Origin: Paragordius varius
Taxonomy: Eukaryota; Animalia; Nematomorpha
Assembly: GCA_964247055.1 (NCBI GenBank)
Contig: OZ176053.1
Span: 744,001 to 808,000, forward strand
DNA length: 64,000 nt
Reading direction: 5' to 3'
A program made the position numbers and the translations under genes. Each line of letters opens with the position of its first letter. Within the stretch, counting starts at the first letter, position 1. The notes under the pieces are model-generated. The model did no database searches and was not told the origin of the DNA. It saw only the letters and a list, made by a program, of their open reading frames with translations. Below are positions 13,128 through 25,400 of this stretch, in pieces.

Positions 13128-13859
13128 AAGAAGCTAAAACAAGAATAAATTTATAATTTTACAAAATGTTTTAAAATATAAAATCTAAAAATAATCATAA
13201 ATTTAGTATGTGGGTTAGGAAAGAAATATTATTGATAAAGAAAATATCAAATAGGGTATTATAAGAATGTATATTAAAAAATTGGCGATTTAATAATTTC
13301 ATTATTTAATAAGCAAATTTTTCCAATAAGTTTGACTTATTTTAGATTCAATCATTAATATAATTAACATTTATCTTTAAATATCAGCTGATTTTGCGGC
13401 TTTAAATTATATTAAATTCTTTTATAATTAACTCTTTCTTTCAAAAATAGTGTTAGTGAAAGAATATGTAGGAATAATTATTTAAAAACATATAGCTGCA
13501 AAATATTAAAAAGTAAAAATTAATAATTACCATCATTGGGGAAATTCAAGGTAAAATTCTTGTTTACGATTCGTTTCAGTATTGGTGCAAAATAAGGAAT
13601 TCACGTTCTAAATTGAATTATAGAATAAAAATATATAGTATGTTTGAGTTTTGTTATATTAATAAATAAGGTTTATTTCTTAAAAAACGATATTTTCCTT
13701 CATAAAATCACCTGTTTTTTGTTTAGATGGCTTATTAAATAGTTTATTTTAGCTTATTTAAGAAATCTTGTGTTTAAAACCAAATAAGTATTTTACGACA
13801 ATTATTAAATCAATCAAAGGTCTAAAAGTAACTTATAAAAACGGTGATATATAAAACAG

Positions 13860-16770
13860 CTGATTAAAGGAAGTGATTAAATAAAAATAATGATTTAATA
13901 AAAACAACCGATTTATAAAAACTATTATAACTGATATAATAAAAACAACTGAATAAAATGATTTAAAAAAATGAATAAAAACAAATGATTATAAAAACAA
14001 CTGATTTATAAAACAACTGATATACAATAAAACCGATTGAATAAAAACAACTCTTTAATAACACATCTGATTAAAGAAAACAACTGGCTTAAATGATCGA
14101 TAAAAACAGCTGATTAAATTATTTAACAAACAGCTGTTTTAAAACAACCGACTTTAACACTTGGATACAACACATTCATTTTAGTCCTTCGATTCAAATT
14201 GGGGTAGTTGGCTACCCCAGGCCTGTTTAAAATCAAATACTTTAAAAAGTATGGAAGCAATCGAAACCATGGCAAAATTTTGCACTTATATAACATTAAT
14301 AAACCGAAATATATAAAAAATTTTATTAAAAAATACTTGATATTACTTATTTTGAGCTAAAACTGAAAGGTAAAAATTTAGTCAACGTGACATGTGTCAA
14401 ATTGTAAAATTAAAAAATAATACAAAATAAACCGCTTTTTCTATTTCTATTAATGTTAGATGTTATTTATATAAAAAATAAGCTTTAGTTTCATTAAAAT
14501 AAATGAAGACGATATTTTGCATTTTTATAAAATAAAAATGGCGTCGAAGTAGTTTGAGATGGAACTTTTTTTCAACAAAATTTTATCAAGATATTGTGGC
14601 ATATTTATATAATATTTATCAGGATAGAAGCATAAATTTGAATTGGGACCGTTTCCTTTAGTTTTTTAATTTAAATTTAGTCTGGGGTATTTAGATACCC
14701 CAATTTGAATCAAAGTGTTAAAAATAATTAATAAAAACAACTGATTAAATAAAAATTATAAAAACAACAGATTTATAATAATATAAAAAACAACAGAATT
14801 ACAAGTGATTATAAAAAACAGGTGATTTAATAAAAACAGCTGATTTTGATAAAAACAACTGACTTATAAGAACAAATGATTAATAAAGACAAAAGATTAA
14901 AGATTTATATATACAACTAATTAAAAAAACAGCTGACGATAAATGAAGCTGATTATAAATAGCTGATTTAATTACTAATTAAATAAATATATCTGATTAA
15001 TTTAAACAAATAACACTATTAAAAAAACTCATTAACAAACAACTGTTAAATAGCAATTTATAAAAACAACTTATTGAATTAAAACAAATAATAATAACAA
15101 ATGAATAGAAACAAATAATAAAATGACAACAACTGAATGAATAAAAACAGTTGATTAAATTAGTCAAACAGCTGACTTATAATAACAGTAAATAACAACT
15201 AATTAAATTAATAAATAAATAACAATAGAAACAGCTGACTTATAATGACAAATGGATATTAAAAACAACTGACTTATATATACAACGGCTGAAAATAGCC
15301 GACTATATACAACTGTTAAATATGAGAAAAAAACAATTGATTAAACAATTGTGTGATTAATAAAACGTCTGTAATAAAAGATCTGATTTATAAAAATTAC
15401 CATATTTGGGGAAATTCAAGGTAATATTCTTCTTTACGATTCGTTTCAGTTTTGGCGCAAATTAAGGTAAGCAATCCTCTGAAATGAAATAAAGTAAATA
15501 TATATAATATGTTTGAGTTTTGTTACATTAAATAAATAAGGTTGATTTCTTAAAAAACTATATTAAGTCAAATCCTTATCGAATATTCAATCAACTGCCT
15601 TTATAAATTTTTAATATAATTAATAAAAATAACAATTTGTTAATAAAGTCGTTTTTGCCTTCAATTGCTGTGAAACTAATTCCTTCATGAAATCACCTGT
15701 ATTTTGTTAAAATGGAATATTAAATTGTTTAATTTAGCTGATTTAAAAAATTATATATTTTAAATCATATAGGTATTTCAAAACAATTATTAAATCTATC
15801 AAAGGTTTAAAAGTAATTTAAAAACGGTGATATATAAAAACAGCTGATTAAAGGAAGTGATTAAATAAAAATATTAAAACTGATTTATAAAAAATTGATT
15901 AAAAAAATTATGTGATAAATAAAAACATCTGGTTAAATGAAAAGATCGGATTTAACAACTGATTTATAAAACACTGATTTATAAAACACTGATTTACAAA
16001 ACAACTGATTTATAAAACAATTGATTTGTAAAAACAATTTATTAATAAAAACAATGAACACAACAGACTAATAAAAACTAATTGATATAAACAACTGATT
16101 GATAAAAATTTAAAAAAACAATTAACAACTGATTAAACAAAAACAAATGATTTAATTAAAACTGATAAAATAAATATAACTGTCTTATAAGAACAAATGA
16201 TTAATAAAGACAAAATAAAGACAAGTGATTGACGACTGACTTATAAATACAACTAATTAAAAAAAACAGCTGACGATAAAACAGCTGATAATGTACAGAA
16301 ATAAAAATAACTATTATTTAAAACAAATAACAATTGATAAAAAACAGCTAATTAAATAATAATTAAATAAAAATAATTGATTAATTTAAACAATTTACAA
16401 CTAGTTAATTTAAACAATTAGCAACTGATTAAATAACAACTGATTCAATAAAAACCGTTTTTAATAACAGCTGACTTAAAAAAAATGATTAATCAACTGA
16501 CGGATAAATACAACTAATATAAAACAGCAGACTAAATACAATGATTATATAATAACAGCTGGTTAAAAAACAATTGATTAAATAAAAACTACTGATTAAT
16601 AAAAACGAATAACAACTGATGAAATAAAACAACTGTTAACTGTTAAAAAACAGTAAACTAATTAAATTAAAACAGTGATTAAATAAAAAATCAAATGTAA
16701 AAACTGATTAATTAAAAATTCTGATAAACAACCTGTTGTACAACATAAAAAATATAAACAGCTGAAACAA
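13860..16770. repeat. Degenerate A-rich short-period satellite (AAAACAACTGATT motif) in three blocks
   Basis: Recurring AAAACA(A/G)CTGATT(T)A. Interrupted by a TTAA element (14154-14721) and by a ~400-bp direct repeat (~13531-13900 vs ~15401-15880). Confidence 0.8.
14154..14721. mobile_element. ~560-bp non-autonomous element with TTAA TSD (piggyBac-like target), family 2
   Basis: TTAA|CACTT...AAGTG|TTAA ends with internal GATTCAAATTGGGGTA inverted repeats. Homologous copies in reverse orientation at ~41283-41840 and 56505-57059; relic at ~21843-22110. Confidence 0.75.
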
Positions 16771-16789
16771 CTAATATTCTTATAATATT

Positions 16790-18780
16790 AACGTTTGCTT
16801 TTTTATAAAACAACCGCATTTTTGATGACTTTTTAAAAAGAAAGCGCAATTTTAGGAAATTTTTTTGAAAAAGGCATATTTTTAGTGATTTTTTAATAAA
16901 ACCCATTTTTTAGTGATTTTTTAATGATAAGAATTGACATTTTTAGTATTTTTTTAAAAAAAAGGTAATTTTTGTCATTTTTTATATAAATAACCGCATT
17001 TTTATTGATTTTTCTATAAAAAATTTTTAGTGATTTTTTAATAAAAAAAAGGTCCTTCTTAGTGATTTTTTAAAAAGAAAGCGTATTTTTATAAAACTAA
17101 CCGCATTTTTATTGATGTTTTTAATAAAAAAATAAAAAAGGACATTTTAGATATTTTTAATAAAAAAAACTCATTTTTTAATGATTTTTTTAATAAAAAA
17201 GGAATTTCTAGTGAATTTTTAATAAAGAAAACCCATTTTTTTTAATTAAAAAAGGACATATTTAGAGATATTTTTATAGCATCTTCTTTTTAGTGATTTT
17301 TTAATAACGAAAACTTATTTTCTTTAGTGACTCTCGATCAAAGAAAGCCCTTTTTAGTGATTTTTTAGCTAAATAAAGAACATTTAAAATTTTTAATAAA
17401 AAAAGGACATTTTTAGTGAATTTTTAAAAAGAAAGCGTATTTTTTAAAAATAACCGCATTTTTATTGATATTTTTAATAAAAAATAGATTTTTTAATGAT
17501 TTTATAATAAAAAAAGGACATTTTTAGTGAATATTTAATAAAAAAAGTGGGATTTTTAGTGAATTTTTAATAGAGAAAGCCCATTTTTAGCGTTTTTTTA
17601 ATTAAAAGGACATTTTTATAGATATTTTTTATAAAAAAAACCTCATTTTTAGTGATTTTTTAATAAAAAGGACATTTTTAGTGAATTTTTAATAAAGAAA
17701 ACCCATTTTTTAGTTTTTTAATTAAAAAAAGACATTTTTATAGATTTATAAAAAAACCTCATTTTTAGAGCTTTCTTATTTTCTTTAGTGACTCTTGATC
17801 AAAGAAAACCCATTTTTAGTGATTTTTTAATTAAAGGGACATTTAAAATTTTAATAAAAAAGGACATTTTTAGTGAATTTTTGAAAGGGTATTTTTTTAA
17901 ATAACCGCATTTTTATTGATATTTTTAATAAAAAAGCCCATTTTTAGATATTTTTTTAATAAAAAACCCAATTTTTATAGATTTTTTAATTAAAAAAGGA
18001 CATTTTTAGAGAATATTTAATAAAAAAATGGGGGATTTTTAGTGAATTTTTAATAGAGAAAGCCCATTTTTAGCGATTTTTTAATTAAAGGGACATTTAA
18101 TAAAAAAAGGACATTTTTTTAAAAAGAAAGCGGATTTTTTATAAAAATAACCGCATTTTTATTGAATTTTTAATAAAGAAAACCCATTTTTAAGTTTTTT
18201 AATTAAAAAAGACATATTTAATTTTTATAGCAAAACCTCATTTTTAGTGATTTTTTAATAAAAAAAACTTACTTTCTTTTGTAACTCTCGATCAAAGAAA
18301 GCCCATTTTTTAGTGATTTTTTAATTAAATAAAGGACATTTAATGTTAAATAAAAAAAGGACATTTTTAGTGAATTTTTAATAAAAAAGCCCTATTTTTT
18401 AATGATTTTTAATAGGAAAAGGGACATTTTAGTGAATTTTTAAAAAGAAAGCGTATTTTTTTAAAAAAATAACCGCATTTATTTATTTGTGAATAAAAAA
18501 ACCAATTTTTTTAGTGATTTTATAAAATGACATTTTTACAGATTTTTTAATAAAGAAGGCCCATTTTTTAGTGATTTTTTAACTAGAAAAAAAACATTTT
18601 TAATTAGGACATTTTTAGTGAGTTTTTAATAAAAAAAGCCCATTTTTTAGTTTATTTTTAAAAAGAAGGGACACTTTTAGTGTATTTTTAATAAAAAAAC
18701 GAAAATTAGTCATTTTTTCATAAAAAGCCCTTTTTAAGTAATATTTTTTTGGAGAAGGCACATTTTAAAAATGTTTTAAT
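16790..18780. repeat. Degenerate T-rich satellite (AAAAGGACATTTTTAGTGATTTTTTAATA motif) with higher-order structure
   Basis: Short motif recurs throughout. The marker CTCTCGATCAAAGAAAGCCC recurs at ~17331, ~17791 and ~18286. AACCGCATTTT recurs at about 7 sites. Confidence 0.85.
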
Positions 18781-21297
18781 ATGTATTATTGGGTTATTTA
18801 GATGTAATTTTAAAAATTAGAAAATCAGTTCCTAATTATCATTTAACAACTTTTTGCTTTAAAATTTTTTTCCAAAAGTTGCGTTTTTAACCACATTTCT
18901 AAGCCTTTTAAAATTTTAGCTCAATTATATAGTTATTTTTAAAACAAATTTAAGGAATTTGAGATATTCAGTACACCAAAATTACGAATAGTTGGGATTT
19001 ATTAGATATGGAAATATGTTATTTTAAATTGCAAGAAATTGAATTTGACAGGAAACAAAAAATACCACCATGCATGCATTAAAATTAAAATAAACCCATG
19101 TTCTTTTTATGTTAACTTCATATCATAAAAAAGATTATTTCAAATATATAAGAGAGGAGCTACGCATCCCTTGTTAACACAGTATATAATTAAATATATT
19201 CAAATTTATTTCTTCGTTTCTTCAAACGACATATATAATTTACAGGATATTTACAACACATAAAAAATGGTGGGTTTTTGTTTAAATTTTCCGCTAAAAT
19301 TTACGAAAAAATGAAATTATTTAGTAATGCCAATAAAAAGACAAAAATAAATTAATGCAATAACTATATGTAATACTAGGGGATTTTAATGTAAATCGTA
19401 TCTAACAGTATTTTATTACCAAAACTAGAGTGTAACTTTAATCACAAAGTATATTTAAAACATGCAAAACTTACATAAATCATAGGGGTATTGGAATAGA
19501 GCTAAGCTATTTCCCATTTCATTCAACCATAACATTCCAATACAAAGTTTAGTTCGTTTTAATTTGTGAGAGCTATAATTTAAACAAAAATGTTTTACCA
19601 TACGAATATGTTTCCAATAAAATAGTTGCTAAAATAGCGGTTGTTTTCAGGATTCTTCGCTTGAACATATTCTCATTTTACAATATTAATTAGCTAAAAT
19701 ATTATTTTATAAAAAAATTACTTGGTTTTTGATTCTAAGAATTAATGAAAAGATCGCACCATGTTAGCGAAATCGTAGCCGGAACAAGGCATGGGAAGTG
19801 AACATGCATGCAGGCACGCATCAAGTACCCAAAAAATATTTTAAAAAAAAATAAAAAATGAAAAAAGTATAGAAAATCAGGGTATATATATGAGAGGGAA
19901 CACGTGCGTTCCATCTCCACCAATTAAAATAAAGTGCGCATTTGCGCCTTTTCTCCCCTTCGAGAAAAATCCGTCTGTTTGTTTGTTATTGCTTTTCCCT
20001 CTCTTCTCTTATTATTCGCTTGTTTGTTTGGGCGCCTAGCTCGATCGCACATAATGTTTTGTTCTCATGTGCACATATAATAATAATAAAATATTTATTA
20101 CAACATTGTTTTACTAGCTGGCGCCTATAAAGATTAAAAGTGAAATTCGCAGAAAATTACATGTTAAAAAAATATGGCATATCTAAAAATAAATTATTTA
20201 AAAAATATGTTAGTGTGTTACCTATAATTAAAATTAATCTAAAATTTAGAATCAAGTTAATGATATAGGTTTTTAATTGAATATTTTAACAATTATGATA
20301 TATTATTTCTCTATAAAATATTTTCTACATGATTGATTAAAGATTGTTTGATAAATTTATTTATTCAATAAACATTTTTCAACTTAATCAGTTTCTTAGC
20401 TTTGAATCGTATATTGTAAAATGCTAAAAATTTATTAAATAAAATTATTAACATTGCTAATTGATAAAATTTTAAAAGATAAAAGTCCAGCAATCAAAAG
20501 TCATATAAGTGTTTAATTATTATACAATAAAATGCGATCCTTTTCCAATCCAACTAGGGTTTAAAATCAATCACAGATAACTATATTTGTATGGAAAGGT
20601 GAACATTATTAAAAGCTGCTTATTACCATAATATATCCATACTAATAAACATTAAATTTCAAATGGGAACCAATCATATATAAGTTGTTATGATTAAGTT
20701 AGTTTTAAAACTGAACCAAAAAATGATTAATAAGGTTTTAGAATAAATTGTCTCCTATTTAGGGGTAAGGGATAAGGTAAGAGAATGGACTTGGTTAAAG
20801 CTTGATGAAAAGCAAACATTAATTAAACATAGATTTCATACTTTTTGTAGCATGGAGCAATACATAGTATGTAAGGTAATTTATTTTCTGAACATAAATT
20901 AATTTATAAAATGTAACAACTTTCAATTGTGAAACATTTCTATTATTACTTAAAATCTAATGCATTATTTATGGAATACTCTCAGGACTCAAAAGCAATG
21001 ATTATTATCATAAAATCGAAAATATTAATAGTTAAATCTTTATATTAAGAAATTGATTGTTTAAGAAAATAACGGAGATTTACCACACGACAATAGGATG
21101 AACAATTTATGATTGAAATTGGATATTCTTATCACTAATACATTATACTTCTTTTGATAAATATGGATTTATATCGGTTTCAGTCGTTTTTGGAAACTGT
21201 ATAGATATTTTTATTAAAAAGCAATTGTAAGTACCAAATAGGTTAAGTTAAAAATGTTAATTATTTTAATCCTCAATTTATAGGATATACTTTAAAG

Positions 21298-21409
21298 TTT
21301 TCGAGTTTGTGGGCTAGGGTTAGGGTGAGGGATTGGAGTTGGTTCATTTTCTTAAAGAAGTCCGCAGGACTTCCTCGGGCTGCGAAGCAGGCCGAGACCC
21401 ACGCATTTC
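21298..21409 (-). repeat. Short interspersed repeat with telomere-like motif and GC hairpin, copy 2 (possibly Helitron/HINE-like end)
   Basis: Reverse complement of 12232-12320, plus a GCTGCGAAGCAG hairpin (~21379-21390) that copy 1 lacks. Confidence 0.7.
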
Positions 21410-22453
21410 CTGTTCAAAATTTATAAAAATGATACGCCCTGTATTTCTCAAAAATAATTATTTTCTACTAAACTTATTTAATATTATTCTTTTAGACTAA
21501 TATTAGGTGTATAACAAACTTAGGTTAGATATATTTGAAAGTTTATTGTTTGACAAATAGTTATTAATCTATTCAAGTTTCAGCATAGAGAAACATTGGA
21601 TGAAATATTATCCTAACTATAAGTGGACTTACAAACATTACATACTTTTTAAATAATTATTTTAACTGAATCCTATACATTTAAGAGATAGTTTCGTTTT
21701 TAAGTAAATCGGTAATTGGCCTAAAATTTATGGCATTCAGTAATCGCTGATTATCTCTGCTTTATATTATTAATGCTGAAATATATTTATTTACATACTA
21801 TTTTAAGAATGTTTATTCCAAACTAGATCATCAAAATACTAACTTGGATACACCATTTGTTAAAATGAATATTTGTTAAATAAAATCTATAAATCGCATA
21901 TTTTAAAATTTAACCCTTGGATACAATACATTTATGTAATGATTTATTAAATTAGTAAGTTGTAGTCCCAGGACTGTGTAAAATCAAATATTTTTCAAAA
22001 TATGGAACAAATCAAAACCAAAGCAAAGGTTTGCATTTGAACCAAAAAAATAATTCATATTAAAACATTCCTTATCCCACCAATAAACCTGATGGTAAAA
22101 CTACCTAACATGACATGTGGGCTAGCTAGATATAGAAATAATATGGAAACCATTTCTGTCAATATTTTTGCTAGATATCATTTGGAAAAAAAAATAAACT
22201 TAAAATTAATTTTAGATATGATTAACGTTAAAATCTAAATACAATTTTTTGTACAAATGTTATAAAATAAAATTGGCCTAGAAGTCTGGTATGGAGCTTT
22301 TCTTAGGCTGATATAAATTTTTGAAAATAGAACCATATATTTTAAACAAACCCTTTCATAAATTTTCATATCTATTTATATATGGATTATGGTCACTAGT
22401 TAAACCAATTTACAAAGTATTAATTAGTCCAAATCTTTCAAAGGGAAAGTTAT

Positions 22454-25400
22454 GAGTTAAAAATTTCACAAGAGAAATTGTTATGTAATTATCTGGCAGA
22501 TGTTCAAAATTATATTAAAGTATCACAGCAGCCAAGATATATGTTTTCGTATTCGTATGATTTGGAGTCAAATTGAAACTTATTAAGATACGGTAGAAGA
22601 TTTTAATTTAAATTGTTCTTAAATTTACACATAGAGTTTACCTTTATATTACATTTAAAATACAAACAATAGCCTGGTAAAAATTTTAAGGCTTTCGACT
22701 TTGCGGGCCGGGGTTACAGAGATGGATTGAAGTTGTTTAATTTCCAAGAATACTTCCTTTTTATTGTTGCGCTAGTTGATATATTTTAGCGAGGTTAGCT
22801 CCTATAAATTTTACACACTTCAGTACCAAATATATTACATAATCGTAACATTTTTCCAAAATGTTGGAAAATAACTGGCTAAAAAAACTGTCTGTAAATT
22901 GCTATATTTAGTATTTAATCATTTATAATTATATTTAAATTAAACCTCATTGTATATCGGAATTATTTTTTCAAATCCTTATATACTGACTTATTCCATA
23001 ACAAGACCACTTATAAGTTTAAATGAATATATATAATATAAAGTCATGGCATAAAATATTTTTTAGACTGTTTTGAATGTTAGATTTTAGTTTCACTAAA
23101 GAATTTTTAGTTTATTTATGCCAGATGGTACTCACACATACATAAGTTCAAAAATAGGACTAGCAACCTCATTCAGTGACGATACCTGGGATTTGGGAGA
23201 ATGGTACTTTAATCTTAAATGTTTAGGAGAATTTTTTAAATGCGCCCGGTCTAATATTTTTCAAATTTTGAATGATATTGGTAATAAACAAATAAATGTT
23301 GTACGATTTTTTTATTCCGACGCAAATATGTATGGAATTCTATCAATAATAATTGGTAATTTATATAAAATACGCTACTCGCAAAATTATGAAATGATTT
23401 ATCGAATAAAAAAGCCTGAAAAAAATCTTTGGAAAAAAATATGTCATACGATCTTTTAAATAATTTTTGTTTTGTTCCTTTCAATATTTGGTGAAAAATT
23501 TAAATACGTAAATCCGATTAAAATTGGATCAAAAATTATTTTACATTAAGAATTGAAATCATACGGACAGTGAAAATATATAGACAAATATTTTTTCCAA
23601 AAGACAACCATTTATATCAATATTTTTTTAAATATAGATGATTGTTTTAAATTGCAATTTATACAATAAAGGGTATATTTCTTGCCCATCACTCATGTAT
23701 TTTACAATTGTTAAATAATTTATAAGGGAAAAATTAAGGTTGAGAAAAGTATGGTTGTCTTTTGAAAAAATATTTGGCATAATATTTTTACGTTTTGTCC
23801 GTATATCATTTTATCTTTACTGTATTTATTATACATACAATTTTAGAACAAAAACCAGATACTTTTGAAACTCATGCTAAACCGGTTTCTTGGAAATCCG
23901 TCCATTATTTTCTGTACTATGCACATGCTTTGACTTCATGGGTTTTATTTAACAATTATGTTTAATTACATTAAAATTGAAATCATAGAGGCAAAACGTA
24001 AAAATAAGCATATTATTAAAAAACCAACCATACTATTTTAAATTGCGTAAAATAAAGAATAGAGATGTAAATTGGTAACCACTCAATTATACATTACACA
24101 ATTGTATTATGGTTTAATTGGGAAAAATCAGAGATTAAAATGGTATTTTTTAAATAATGTCTTTTGGTTGTATATTTTAATTGTACTGTATACCAATTTC
24201 AGATAAAACTGAAATTATATAGACAAAACGTAAAAAGAAAAAACAACCAACCATATTTTTAAACCTTGATAATTTATCGTTTGGTGGTGCAAAATAAGGA
24301 ATAGAAATGTAAATTCCATGAATTATACATTGCGCATTTGTAATAATAGTTTATGTAGGAAAACTTAATGTTTAAAAAATAAAAATATTTGCCTTTTACT
24401 TTTTGTCAGCATAATTTCAAAAAATTTTTCAAATCTAATTTTTATTCTATTAAAAAAATGGTTCTAGGGCAATCGTATGTGGAGATTTTGTGTGGGGATT
24501 TTTTTGATTCAACTTTCGCCCAATAATAATTTACGTTTAACGGCTCTGTATGGTTTTTTATCCAGCCTGGCCATTTTTGTTTCCGGTCCCGCCGTAGGAA
24601 AATGGATCGATAAAAATGTTAGATTTAAAGGTATATCCAAACATATAAATTAGGTGATTTCTTATGATTAAAAAATGTTTTATCAGATTGATGACTTTTT
24701 TAAAATATTTGGAGCCAGTAATATACTTTGAGAAGATTTTACTATATTAAAATTAAACTTTTTGACGAATCTCACTTAGTTTTAATAATTTTTTGAGCCT
24801 AAATTTATGCCATAAGTCAAAGACAACCATAATTTTTATATGGGACGAATGATAAATTAGGTTCATCTGTGTTTTACAAAAAATATTAGTGATTAAAAAA
24901 TCTTTTGCTAATAAAAAAATTTATTTAATTCATTGTCCCTGGTATTAATCGAATTTAGACGCTCAAAAGCAATATTAATTAATTATGCAAAATATTTAGA
25001 CTTTTTGAATATGTTTATTTTTATTTAAATATTGGTTTAAAATTAAATAATATTCACAACCAAGTTAACACGTATATATTAGTATTGGCCAAAAAAATTT
25101 GGTTTTTTATATTTGCAAAACACACTATCACATACATTTAAGGATAACATGACTTACAAAAGAAAATCGATATTACTAAAATGAAACACCAAAATAACAT
25201 TTTTCTCATTATATTATATATATATATTTATTTAAGAAAAAACTTACGTATACAAATTTACCTGACCCCAGTTTAATTACTTTTATGATTTTATGAAATA
25301 AGGAGCATGCAAACACCATCGGATATTCGTATTAATTTAACAACATAAAAAGTTATAATTACTATGCCTCTCAATTTTTTCAATTAAAGGCATTTTTGTA

